The position numbers were made by a program, and so were the translations under genes. The notes beneath the pieces were generated by a model. The model ran no database searches. It was not told the DNA's origin and saw only the letters and a program-made list of their open reading frames with translations. DNA of 62,953 nt, the filler included, from Reticulomyxa filosa (taxonomy: Eukaryota > Protista > Foraminifera): assembly GCA_000512085.1 (NCBI GenBank). It is 25 parts of 25 records of this genome, joined end to end, with 100 filler letters (N's around TTAATTAATTAA, not from the genome) between each part and the next. Parts side by side here need not be neighbours in the genome. Positions count along the whole stretch, not along the records: positions 14,993 to 22,370 come from ASPP01005045.1; positions 22,471 to 26,914 come from ASPP01010357.1; positions 27,015 to 28,670 come from ASPP01018214.1; 22 more parts are not named here. One strand, 5' to 3'. Below are positions 15,052 through 27,826 of this stretch, piece after piece. Positions within the stretch are counted from its first letter, which is position 1, and each line of letters begins with the position of its first letter.

Positions 15052-16801
15052 GTGGATATTTTGTTTTGTGAATTAGCACGCATTGCTTTGATTGAGGAAT
15101 TTGTTCAACCTGGTAATCGCGAATGGACTCGCTCTTTCTTTACTCAAGACAAAGTACGTGATATCTACTACATTGTGTTTCTTTTGCTGATCGTGCTCCC
15201 TCATCCCAACGATGTGTTGGATCGGGACATTATAAAAGATGGAATTCATTTGACAAATGTGTTATTCAAATGCTTACGCAGCTGTCTGTTCCCTCGTCCC
15301 TCTTCTTCTTCTTCTTCTTCTTCTTCTTCACGAGCGAGACAGCGCAACCAAGGAAGCCACGGCGACACAGAAGACAATGAAGACGAGGAAAATGAAGCAG
15401 ACGAAGAGGAGAAGAAAGTAGTACATTCGCCGCCAATTTTGAAGCATCGTGCTCCAATGCAAGAGGTGCGTCTATTGATGTGCAGAGAACTGTTGAAAAC
15501 CAAAGCTGAATTACTATTTCCTATTTTAATCGAATCCATTAGATCTCGTCTTGAAACCGACATTTCCAAACAAGTCATTCGCGAAAAAATGCTCTCTTCT
15601 CGGGTTTTTATGTTTTACTTGTTTGGGACCGCCGCTTTGCAGTTGTCGGGAAGGACGTCGAGCAAAGCACGTTCCTCCAATTTAATTGACATGGCCATTC
15701 AGTCCATCTCCTATTGCAAGCAAATTGACCCTAATCACAGCATTCTGAAATTGCTTCTCAATAGCGATTTGGCCATGGCTCAGGCTGTTTATCGATGCGA
15801 TTTTTATAACGGAATTTCCATTGCCAATGTTGCACTTAAAGGAGCAAATCCGTTTAAGTGTTTCCTTTTCTCAAAAAGAATTTTTTTTTTTTAAAAAAAA
15901 AAGGGGGGGGGGGGTGATTACTCCAAAAAAAAAAAAAATAAACGTTTTACACATTGTTTGTAAAAATTGACGAAATAGAGGCCTCTATAATGTAATGACC
16001 GTAGCGTTGATCTTGTGCCATGCGCTGAGTCGTCATACTCAACAGGTTCTTATCCGCGAAATCCACGAAAAAAAAGAATATGAAAATGCTGTTGCGCGCA
16101 ATGAATTGGCGGTTTGCTGTCGCAAGTTTGAACACATTTGCTGGAATGCACAACATGCGATGCAGTATTATTTGAATCACGTCAAAAACGAAACTTTACA
16201 GCAGCATCAAATAGACGAAGAATGGGTCAGGAGTTATCAATACGAACCAAAAGTCAAAGAACGCTTTTTATACGTTCATAAAAAAGTATTGGAACGCTAC
16301 TGCAAAACCGTTTCATCCTTTGAAAAAATATTGCACTTGACATTTGCATTTCATTACAACCGATGGTTGTCATTGCAACTTGATCCGATTCATGATAAGA
16401 TTAATGCTATTGCCATTGTTGCTAATATCACCATCGAAGAATTGTCAACCATTACAACTTGGTTCTCACAGCTCATCACCCCTCAACACGACGATGACAT
16501 TGACGCCATACTTGAGGAAATCCAACGGATTTTGGCCTCCAACTGTGCTAATGACGTTTCTGATACCGATAGTGAAACAGAGAGTTCTGCTCAATCTCCT
16601 GCTATGTCTTCACAAGTAAGAGAGGATAGCTGTGATTGGAAGGATTGCACTTGTGGAAATTGCTCAAGTGGGTGCGAAGCTGATGAACAAAAAATTGTTT
16701 TACTTTGCTTTTTTTGTATGCTGTTTGAGTGTGAGGATAAAAAAACAAAAAAAGTATTGTTTCGGCTATATGTGTCTTTAAGGAGGTCTTGCTTTTTCTA
16801 A
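15052..16801 (+). CDS. Hypothetical helical protein, at least 2 exons
   Basis: Two long ORFs (280 and 268 aa) separated by a homopolymer-rich intron-like segment at about 15852-15980. Confidence 0.6.
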
Positions 16802-17249
16802 CATTTCCATTGTTGAACAAAATGTAGCCGCAACTCCAATTCCATATGTCTGCAACATTCGCTGAAAATAGTATACATTATTGGTTTATGACTTAATCAA
16901 AAAAGTTGGTTTTTTCTTTCGTAATCATTAAAATCAATTATCCCTTTTACACTGACTGACAGACAACAAAACAAATATCAAATATTTTTAGATAATAAAA
17001 CTTATATTATGTTATTGGACTTCCCTAATTTTCCTTACGTGGCTAAAAAAGATTGGGACTTTTTTAAAAAGGAACATTAGCCAATACAATTTTGAAATCA
17101 CGATTACGTCCTTTTTGCAAGATAATGGTGTTTCCTGGAGGGAAAAAATTTTGCAAGCAAAAAGAAAAAGGTGAATTTTTACTTGATTAAAGAGAAAAAA
17201 AAGTAAGTAAGGGAAGCGAACAAACTAAAAATGTCACTCTTGCTTTCAC

Positions 17250-18930
17250 TCACTTCATGCACATTTTTACTAATACAGAGATTTCATCCAGCCATGATTC
17301 GTACAATTTCCCATAAGTGAGTTTTTTCGAATCCACGTAACTTTCATCTATTTTCCAATTGACACCAAAGGTGTGAAGTGTCTGTTTATCGGCAAAAGGA
17401 AGAGAAGAATGATGAGAATGTGGATGAGCATTATCTTTTTTCTCGGTCTTGATATATTCTTCGAGATTGACAATAGTATCGGATGGAATATATCGCAATG
17501 ACAAGGTATCTTTCCACGTGTGAAAGTGATTGGAATGGGTCGAATCATTGTGATATCGATGATGCGAATTTTTAGCTTCACAAATTAAGTTTTTTTTGAA
17601 CGAGACGATATTGAAATTAGCGAGGCTGGAATCGATGAAAGCCAAGGTATTGGCAGACATATCAAAAGTTGTGACGGACAGAATGAATAAATAGGAAGAA
17701 ATGCAGACATTGTTGCCAACACGATTGGTATGTCCAGTTTGCAAAGATTTGGGATGGTTCGTCGACAAGGATACATACCATTGCCCGTGATACAAATGTT
17801 GTTGTGGTTGTTTGTGTAGAGGCTCTGTTTTTTTGTCTTTCAAAGAAAAGAGTGGGACAATGTTTGCCCCAAATAAAAATGTGTGACTATCTAAAAATAC
17901 CAAATATGTGTATTTCAATTCATGCAATAAATGATACAATATTTGTCGAGACACGGTGGCATTGTCATTATCATTTTGTTTCATGAGTATTGTCTTCACA
18001 CCTTTTTTTTTTTTAAATATGTACATATATATATACGTACGCATAAACGCATAAAATTTGCTCATAAGCGACAAGCAACAACAACAACAACAAAAAACAA
18101 CAGCAAAACACGTGCGCATACACATGCACATAGATAGGATAGTACACACCCAAAAGTTGTAATGTGTGCTGAGTATGTAGACTCGGCTTAATGTTTGGAG
18201 AAATGACCATGACCACATCAACGGCCAACTTTTTTTCAAGAATATTTCCGTGGAAACTGGAGATGGAAATGAGTCCATTACACAGTTGCACGTGTGTGCT
18301 GATGTTATAATACACAATGGCGTACGAGTTATTTTTTTTCCAGGAAAACATTTCCGTTGGCAAAACAAAGTCCCAATCCAAAGCTACCACGTCCACGTTG
18401 AAATAGTTTTTTGAACTTGTGTAGTAGTGATTGATGTTTGTGTCGTTAATAGTATCAACGCCATTGCTATTGCCACTGTTCGATGGATAGTTTGGTATAT
18501 CTACGAGCCCGCCATTCATATTATTATCTTTCCCTAAGTCATCCACGCCATCTCTTTTCCAGACATTATTGCCAAAGCCGCTATGAAAATAATGAATGGA
18601 TAGTGACACCACCAATATGAAGAGCGCGGCTGTGCACAGGACTATTGAAAATATTCCTTGGATTGTCATCATTTTCAGACGACTCATTACGTTGACTCGC
18701 CCATGCGTTAAGTCTTCTCGCGAAATACACAGCGAAAATATATTCACATTTGTTGAGTACAACGGAATTAAGTATGACGACGATACCATGTCATTATTTT
18801 CTCTCATTTTTTTACACCTTCTCGTCGCGTCGTTTTCCACATTACTGCTCTCTTGTTCTTCATCTTCTTCTGAATTTTCTATCAAATGTTGATCCAATTT
18901 TGGACAAGAGGCTGACTGTGGTTTATTCAT
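17250..18930 (-). CDS. Type II membrane glycosyltransferase-like protein (GT-A fold, GT8/glycogenin-like pattern); intron 18002-18149
   Basis: One N-terminal TM helix, then a stem, then VDVVMVIS...LQLLG|VKTI...HELKYTYLVFLDSHTFLFGANIVPLF, which resembles GT8 'YDRVVFLDADTLVLRNIDELF'. Confidence 0.5.
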
Positions 18931-19353
18931 CCTTTATTACTTATATCAATCTCTTCGAGTGGGTTCCGAAATGTTGATGGCAGATTGAAGGGAAAGAAAA
19001 AAAAACCCTTACACATACTTTGGACGAAGAAAAATTAATTTATTTCGGTATTAACATTGAGGAAAAGAGTAAAACATTGCAAAAATCACTCTTTTCTATT
19101 TTTTTTTATGGAAATTTTTGAATTATTTGGAAATTAGAAATTCGAAGCAAATATATCGTCGTGTACAAAAAGGGCCATAAGAGAAAAAATCCATTGAATG
19201 GATTTTTAGTTTGCATTTTTAGTTTTGTGAAGATCAACGCGTTTGGCCACGGTTTTTGTTAAGGTTTGAACATTACTTGTTTTGCTAGTTTAATTTTTTT
19301 TTTAAGTGTGTAAGTAAGATGCATGTGTTCCTTTGACAGAAACATTTTAAAGC

Positions 19354-19821
19354 ATGTTGAAAAATCCTTGGCAAAATAACAAGACGTTTGGGCCAATAAT
19401 AAATGAAAAACAAGACACAAAGAAAAAAATATATTGTGGTGTTTTGGGAGTGCTATCGCTTGTGATTATTGTAGCACTATATTGGAACGAACTACCAAAC
19501 CTCCGACATAATGGGGTTGCTCACAGCAATGACGAGTTTATTTTCCACAAGAACACAGTAGCAGAGGCATACATTATCAAAGATGCCCCAATAACGGCTC
19601 AATCACTCTCCAAAAGAGCCACTAAAGGTTCGATGAAAACCCTGGAAGCTGATATCGAATCTACTGCATTGGAATCCCAAGATGAGCTATTTACAGTCAC
19701 TGACATTGTTTGGGACATAGAAACACCAGTACCACAGGCGGAAGAGTGGATCACCACTGCAGCTGACAATTTGGAATTCGACATGACTAAAATAACAAAT
19801 GCACCGTTTCAGCAAATTTGA
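19354..19821 (+). CDS. Single-pass type II membrane hypothetical protein
   Basis: 155-aa ORF with one TM segment (IYCGVLGVLSLVIIVALYW). Confidence 0.55.
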   Translation: MLKNPWQNNKTFGPIINEKQDTKKKIYCGVLGVLSLVIIVALYWNELPNLRHNGVAHSNDEFIFHKNTVAEAYIIKDAPITAQSLSKRATKGSMKTLEADIESTALESQDELFTVTDIVWDIETPVPQAEEWITTAADNLEFDMTKITNAPFQQI

Positions 19822-20131
19822 ACATTTCATTGAAACATTTTTAAAAAACATTACAATTTTTGATAAAAGATTACAATTAATTAATGAGCTTGTCCAAACA
19901 GTGTTTAATTTATTATACTTTAAAGAATGTATTTTTTGTGATGGAATGTTTCGCGCTTCTGATTTTGTTTACAGTTAAAAGTTCGAATAGTTTTTTTTGA
20001 GAAAGGGTCAGCAAATAATCCACAATCATGTCCAAGTTAGTCTAACACTCCATTTTTTTTTTTTAACTAACAGAAAGATATTTTTGTGAATGTGTCATAA
20101 TGGGTTTGCAACAAAAGGAAATCAAGTCAAG

Positions 20132-22317
20132 ATGAAAAGACAGAAGACACGGAGCACATGGGAGAAGTTTTGTGTTTAAAAGAATTAACAATTTACTCAG
20201 AATGTGGTATAAAGAAAAACAACGGTTTGTTGTTTGAGCCCAAAAGATAGAAAGCCCAGAAGCAGATCGATATTCTCAAAAAAGGGTATGACAAGCATTG
20301 AAAAGGATAAAAAAAAAACAAAAACAAAAAAATTATATATGTGAGCGATGGGGAAAATAGTGTTGTATTGCCATGGATATCTTCAAACAGAAGAAAGAGA
20401 AGAATGACATAAAAGACGTCCCAAAAGAGTTGAATCCTGATAGTATTTTCTGTTTGTGTGTTCGGTATACTTAATTGACTCCTCTTTTTTTTTCCTTCAA
20501 AACACAAACAAGCATATCAATCAAAAAATAAGCAAAAGAAAAAGAAAGACAAAAAACAAGGAAGGAGAATCAAGTTCTTCAAGTAATGAAGGAGAAGAGC
20601 ACAATCCTCCCAAAGGCGGCAATTTCAAACAACAGAGCCGGTTTGTCTGTGCCAAGGGGGGAGGGGGAGAGGGCGTTGCAGCGGCGGTTTATTGCATGTG
20701 TATACATATATACATATATGTAATACATGCATGCGTGCATATTACAGAGAAAACAAGAAAAAGCCGCAAATAAAAGAAAAAGAAAAAAAAAGAATTCGCC
20801 TTTGCCAAAGGCACAACGATCGACTAACGGCAAAAAAATAAAAAATGAGGACAAATCAAAGTCCAAAGTGTCGAAGCAGCTCCAGAAAGAGGAGAAGGAC
20901 AGTGATAGTGATAGTGACAATGACAATGACAATGATAATGATAATAACAATGACCATGAAAGTGATAGTGACAATGATAATGAGATCAACAGCAACAAAG
21001 GCAAAATCAAGGGCAAAACCAAAGGCAAAGGCAAAGGTACAAATAAAGACAGCGATAGTAGTGATGATAGTGACAGTTCCACTGATTCAAAAAAAAAAAA
21101 TAAAAGTAGCCATCAAAGGAAAAAGCAAAAGGAAAAATACAGCGAAGATTCAGTTAAACTGACTTTTGTTTCTCTCCTTCCTTTCCCCTCTTCTCCCGAT
21201 TCAAGAAATGGGTGCACTCAACAATGTTGTGTACGTACACAAACATCTTATCTCGGTTATGCGGATACTGTATACAAATAATAGAATCAAGAGAGATTTT
21301 CCCGCGAATTTAACAAAAGGTTAAAAGAAAAAAGTCGTCTCAAGGCGAGTAACGAAGAAGAAGAAGAAGATGATGATGATGATGACAATGAGAGGAAAAA
21401 TAAGCAGCATGCAGCAAAAAAAGCGCCAATAAAACCAAAAAAAGAGCCATTCAAATATTGGGAGTTTTGTATTTTCTTTGTTTCTCTTCACTTGTGTGCC
21501 ATCACTTTTTTTGAGGTCCAAAAAAAAAAAAAAAAAAATCAAAATGTATGCAAGTATAAAGTAAGCCACATGCACACATGCATACATGCATACATGCACA
21601 TTGCTCCCTTGCCTTTGCCCGAACAGAGAGGAAAAAAAGAACAAAGAGGACAAGAAAAAAAAAGAAGAATTGGTAAAAGATCCTCACTCGATTGACAACT
21701 TGGATTTGCCGCAGCTTCTGTACCTATTAACCAAAAAAGACGTACTGCCGTCGGACATATGGATTCCTTACAACGAATTACTGGAAAACGTGGCAGTTAT
21801 GACTAATGCTACCCTCACTTGACGAAGGAGTCATTATCTTATCTTTGTGAGTAAGTTGCTTTGTACCTTTCTTAAATCACAACAAACAACAATAACTTAC
21901 TAAAGATTCAATTTCCCCAAGACTGGAACCGTCTCCACGAGGTGCTGCACAAACATATCCGACAAGATAAAAAAGACATGCTCATTCAAACAAAGGGGAT
22001 GTTTGGTGCCGACTCTTATCAGCTGCGAGTCATTAAATTCAAGCCTTCAAGTTTTGCTTTTGCTCTTTTCAACTTGGAACGGGACTATATACATACATAC
22101 ATACATACATACATACATACATACATACATTATGTTTTCAGATTGGCCCGAAATAGGCGTGGGAGAAATAAAACGGAAACACAACAAGCAGTATTGCATC
22201 ATATTAGAAGACGGACGTGTCCTTGCAGACAATATTCCGACATTCAAAGAGGCTGAATTCAGATTGGCCACGTTTTCAATTGATCATAATTTCCTTGATC
22301 ATCGTAAACATGATTGA
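20132..22317 (+). CDS. Lys/Asp/Ser-rich multi-exon hypothetical protein
   Basis: Purine-rich exons with K/D/S low complexity separated by GT-AG introns. The globular C-terminal exons include DNLDLPQLLYLL... and DWPEIGVGEI... Confidence 0.5.
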
Positions 22318-22510
22318 TTCAAACAAATGAATAGCATATACATATTTCTATAAAAAAAAAAAAAAAAAAANNNNNNNNNNNNNNNNNNNNNNNNNNNNNN
22401 NNNNNNNNNNNNNNTTAATTAATTAANNNNNNNNNNNNNNNNNNNNNNNNNNNNNNNNNNNNNNNNNNNNTTTTTTTTTTTTTTTTTTTTTTTTGTAACA
22501 AAAAAATAGA

Positions 22511-23479
22511 CAAATTAATTGGCAATGAAAGATGGTATTTAATAACTGATTCACACACATTTTTTCGCAAAGGCTGGGATGATTTGTTGATAGGGCTGTG
22601 GAAAAGCACGGGAAATTCCCATGCCATTATTTCACATTATCCGAAAGGTGATGACGTAATGAATGAATCCGTCTTCACCTGGGAGAATTCCCCTTCTCAA
22701 GGATTTTCCTATCATATTTGTGGAACTTTTTTTGAAGGTTTTTTTTTCTGCCCTTGGGCTCCCCCCCTTTTGATAAATACAAATATATATGTATATGCAT
22801 GTACATATACCACATATACATATACGTAAAATATATTAATATATATGTATATATATCAATCAAAAGATTCAAATTTTCAAATTTGGTGGGAACAGATTCA
22901 GTGAATCACATGCCCCGCAATGCAAATGGATGCTATGCTCAAGTAAAAGATTTGTCCAAGCCAATATTGGTTCCTTATTGGGCAGGCGGATTCGCCTTCA
23001 GCAAAGCGAAGCTGTTGAAAGAAGTACCTTTGGACCCACACACTCCTTGGTTATTCCATGGAGAAGAGTTCCATTTTGCTTCTCGTGCGTGGACCCATGG
23101 CTATGATTTTTATAGTCCTCCTTATGATATCATGTTCCATCGTTATGCTGATAGGGCCAAACGTGGACATATGTCTTACAATGACGATATCGCCTCCAAA
23201 CGTGACTCTAGTGAAAAGCGAATTAATGCTCTATGGGGGCTGCTGCAGGTCCGCACACCCGATCCCGAAGAATACGAAAAAGCCAATTTGGTTGATTTGG
23301 ACAAATATCCATTAGGAAATAAACGCACTATTGATCAGTTTTGGAAATTTGTAGGCATTAATCCAATCACACAAAATTTTACTGTGTGGCCCGAAACACT
23401 GTGGGCTTCGGGAGGATTGATCAGAGTTCCTTGGAATTATCCTTTTACTGATCCTGTTTTGAATAAAGCCATTTCTTAA
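22511..23479 (+). CDS. GT60-family GlcNAc-transferase (Dictyostelium Skp1-hydroxyproline GlcNAcT Gnt1/Gnt2-like), 5'-truncated, one intron near 22738-22867
   Basis: LITDSHTFFRKGWDDLLIGLW...IISHYP and YWAGGFAFSKA...EVPLDPHTPWLFHGEEFHFASRAWTHGYDFYSP...FHRY. Confidence 0.88.
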
Positions 23480-23973
23480 TTTCAACCATCTTTTTTCGTT
23501 TTTTTAAAAAAAATTCGATTCTTATCATTTGGGTAATCTGTCTCTCTTGTTAGTACATTCAACAGTGTTTACCAGGTTGTGATTCAATAAAATCGATTAG
23601 AAACATCAATTCTAAATTTATCAAATATGTTTATTGCATTGGCTTCATTAGTTTTTCCAATAAAAATCATAAACCTCCACCAATATCAACTTTCCGTACT
23701 TAATTTGTTAGCACCCCTTCATGTATGGTTTGTAATCACTAAAATGTGTCTACAAAAAAAAACGTTTATTACATGAGACGTACATTGCTTAAGTAATGAA
23801 GCCGCAAATAACACTATTTGCAGGAAATTAAATTGACGAAACAGAAACTCACAGTGGAAGCACATAAATTCTCTTGCAAATAAGAAAAAATGTACTACCA
23901 AATAGAAAGAAATTTAAACACATTTTAAAAAAAAAGCAAAGTCCAATTCCCGAAAAGAGCCAATGTAAAGCAA

Positions 23974-25108
23974 TTACGAGGTTATAACCCGGCAGAAACG
24001 TTGGCAAGGCAAACAAAGGGTATTATACCAATTACTGTAAATGTTGAAGCTCAAAATCAAACAAAAGCTATTGATGACAATGTCGATCATGATAGCAACA
24101 GTACCAATGACTGTGTACAGGAATAGCGCCAGTAAAGTAGACATAACAACAGAACATGCCAAAATAGTCAATTTGATAATGACGGTTTGTATTCTCTCCA
24201 ACTCACTGACCGCTTGTGCACCAAAACTACTTTGTCTCGTCGTTTTCATAACTACTTTCATTTTGTTCACAAACAGCGCGGCTAACGAAATGCTGAAGAA
24301 AAGATCCCAAACAAGGCTAGGCCCGCTCGCGATGATCACCACATAGTGATCCAAGCAATGACGCCCTTCTAACACAAGATAATAACACAAAGCACTTGTC
24401 GCGATCCCAATACATAGCAAGGAATAGGCAAATTTAAAGAAGGTATCGCTATACGCATACATTGATCCTTGAAACACGTGTCGCAAACGAGCTAAAAAGT
24501 ATGTATATTGGAACGCTCGCTGCGATAACACAAATATGTGCCGAAATGACAATGCATCACATTGTATTTTGTATTGCATATAAAAAAGTACCGTAAATAT
24601 CGTTGTTGTCAGCAAATACAAAAACCCTGATGACAATGACAACATTACTGCTAACAATGGATTTATCGATTGTTCCTTACTTTTTTGACTTTTTACCGTT
24701 TCACTAGGGGTTATTATGCAGCAGCAACAATTGATCACTTTATTTTATCATTACATATACATGTATACGTAGATATGTGTAGATATATGGTATACATACG
24801 TTTTTTGATCATGGATATTTTCTTTTGTACGTATACATAACAAAAAATAAATAACTTTGGGGATGTTGTGCGGCTTGTATTACAGACATAACATCACTAG
24901 AAGCGGATGGATCCTTTTTCTTGTCTTCACTGTCCACAATATTTATTTCTGAGGTGGGTGCCATCGAGGATGGACGGAACTTGCAATAGCATTGCTTTTT
25001 CAAAAGTATTCGTAGTGTCCAATGGCTCAAAAAAGACAATTGGACCAACATACATACCCAAAACAACACCAAGCCGGCCACCCATGCTTGAGGCGATTGA
25101 TCTGTCAA
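23974..25108 (-). CDS. Multi-pass (about 7TM, GPCR-like) membrane protein, 2 exons
   Basis: About seven hydrophobic helices over two ORFs. The C-terminus carries DIVINSFCLILSF and a Cys-rich tail (LCLPCQRFC). Confidence 0.65.
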
Positions 25109-26616
25109 TTATCGTAAGAATACAATTGCCGAACCATTTTCTAAAAATCTACAACACAAAACATACGAAAATCTGCTCGTATCGCGATCATTCTTAAATT
25201 GAACTTTATTCTTTTTCCGCTCTCAGAGTGTATTACTTGGCTTGGATGTTCATGAAACTGGAAAAAAATATTTGTGTTTAGTTTTTAGCAATATTTCAAG
25301 TTCTGAAAATAAAACAGTTTGTTTTTATTGTAACTTTTATGAATTAGAAGTTGCATTGAAATACAACATGATTACATTTAGTTGATGTTGAAGGACAAAG
25401 TTTTTAAGTTGTCATTGTAAAAAAACTTTGCATTTATGTCATTCTATTGGTTACATTTTTAAGTTTTGAAGCTTATGTTTTGGAGATTATAAAAAAAATT
25501 ATTAGATTAGTGCTTATTTACAGCAAACACTTTACAAAAGAAAATTAAATTTTTTTTATGTTGTCATACCTTACAACGATTTGATATTATACGCATTTAA
25601 CATATTACCAATTGAAAAAATGTTGTAGTCTTTTGTGAAAAAGCATCCCCAAAAGGTTCAATGTTAGTTAATAACAACATAATTATTGGTTCTTTTGATA
25701 CCCTACCCAAAATTGAAGATGTTTGTCTTCAAATTTGCAGTTAATACAATTTTTATAAAGAAATAATTACTACAATTCATTTAAATTTCCGTTGTAACAT
25801 CTGTTTTCTCATCTGAAAACGATCTTAATTTTTTCTATTTCCAGATCTGCAGCAAAAATATACCAACAACAAAAAAAGAAACAACAACAAAAAACAAACG
25901 CAGAGAAATAGATAACTGCGAACAAAAGATATAAGTGTTTCTGATGAGCTAACAACAGACCCCAAAAAAATTTGTGCAATCAAGCGATTCGTGACCACAA
26001 AAAAATGCAAAAATTTTTTAAAGGGAAAAAAGACTTCCCATCTTGCTACATTCCACAATTCCATTCAAAGAAAAATGACATTTTGTTTTTTGTTCGTGGA
26101 GTTGACATCCAAATGATCTTGTACAACGCCTCCACACCAGAAGATCAACACCACACAATAACTTAAAAAGAAGGGAAATATTAAAAAAAAAAAAAAAAAA
26201 GGAAAACCTCCGACCAATGCAAGCACAAAAAAAAAAACAAACAACAAAACCTACATCACTTTCCCTGTTGTACACCAAACTTAAAAAAAGAAAAAACAAA
26301 CAAACAACAAAAAAGAAAACAATAAACACTACAAACAACACCACCATTTTTTTTTTTTTTTTTTTTTTTGGGAATACTGTGTCCTGGCCTATAGTCAGAG
26401 AGCATTGTACAAAGATAATGTTACGTCCAACCAGAGACTACAGTTCTTGGTGATATTTTTATTTCCTTAAAAAACAAAGCAAAGCAACACAAAGCAAACA
26501 ACCCAAAGAAGGGAGGAGAAAAAAAAAAAAAAAGATTAATAAAATATTAATTGGCTCTGATATTTTGGCACAATTACACGGGTCTCACTTCCAATAACAT
26601 ACAAACAAGGAAGGGA

Positions 26617-26879
26617 CTAGAAAAAAGGCGCAGACGGATTCACACTTGGTGGATTTTTAGGGACGATCGGATTGACATGATGAGTAATATAACCAGTAGG
26701 AGTGATAGTGCCACTGGTGCAAGTAATCGGAGTTGGTTTCGTCAGCGGTGTCAGCGTCGGTGTAGTTTTCGATTGCCACGTCGAATAAGATACATAAGGA
26801 TGAACGAACAAGTCCGACATTGATATGCGTTCTTCTTCTTTCACAAAGATTTTCTGCAATAAGTCTTTTTTTTTCCAAT

Positions 26880-26880
<1 letters not shown>
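26617..26880 (-). CDS. C-terminal exon of a probable Ser/Thr protein kinase
   Basis: KDLLQKIFVKEEERISMSDLFVHPYV resembles kinase subdomain XI, followed by a Thr/Pro-rich tail. Confidence 0.55.
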
Positions 26881-26914
<34 letters not shown>

Positions 26915-27027
26915 NNNNNNNNNNNNNNNNNNNNNNNNNNNNNNNNNNNNNNNNNNNNTTAATTAATTAANNNNNNNNNNNNNNNNNNNNNNNNNNNNNN
27001 NNNNNNNNNNNNNNAAAAAAAAAAAAG

Positions 27028-27519
27028 CTTTGGGACTTTTATTTGTGGCCTTTCCATGTGAAAAAATCGGAAGCCAAAACTAGACCTTCTCGATACATTG
27101 TCATTCGAGATGACATGAAGTTAGCCAGTGGTGGGGCATTTGATTTGTTCCAACTGCTTTACTCATTGACATACACATTCGTGTTTTCCGTTCCTTTTCC
27201 ACGTTGAGTAAATTATATATACATATATACATATACATGTATATAAACTATTACTAATTGCTATATTTTGCCGTTGTGAACAGTGGGCCCAACAGCTTCA
27301 CCAGGACCCTTGCAGTACGCAAAACATTATGCTGAAAGATTCTCGCAAATGATATTCAGCTCCGATTCGTCCATTGATGCTCTCACTCGTAGTCAAGTGT
27401 TAGTTCATCAACCCCAAATCACTATCCCGGATCCTCAAAACGTCCCCGTGAAAAAATCTGCTACTAGTCAGAAGGAATTTAGTAAAAAAACTACTGTTAA
27501 TCAAAATGAAACCAACTAA
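27028..27519 (+). CDS. Piwi/Argonaute family protein, C-terminal part of the PIWI domain (exons 27028-27202 and 27284-27519)
   Basis: WDFYLWP...KTRPSRYIVIRDD...LFQLLYSLTYTF...SPGPLQYAKHYAER matches the PIWI consensus DFYL..GTxRPTHYxVLxD..LQxLTYxLCY..PAPxYYAHxxAxR. The first exon is not in the ORF track. Confidence 0.8.
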
Positions 27520-27826
27520 ATTTTAGGTCGCTTTTTTATTTGTTGCATTCTTTAGTTTTTTTACTATTGACATGCAAAAAAAAAACAGTACGAGTAGAGA
27601 ACGAAATTTTAAAAATTTCTAGTTCAAAATTAAAAGACTTCTTATTGTCTTTAAACTAACTCTAATAAAAAAAAGTTCGTTTGTCAAAAAATTGAAAATA
27701 TCTTTCAATGCAGTAGGAAACTTTGGATAAAAAAAAAAGGGGTTAATATCTAGTGAACAACCCTGGGTAGTTCTTTTCACTTGCGGTGCTTTTAAAAAAA
27801 AAAATCGGGGAACGATTTTTATTGAA

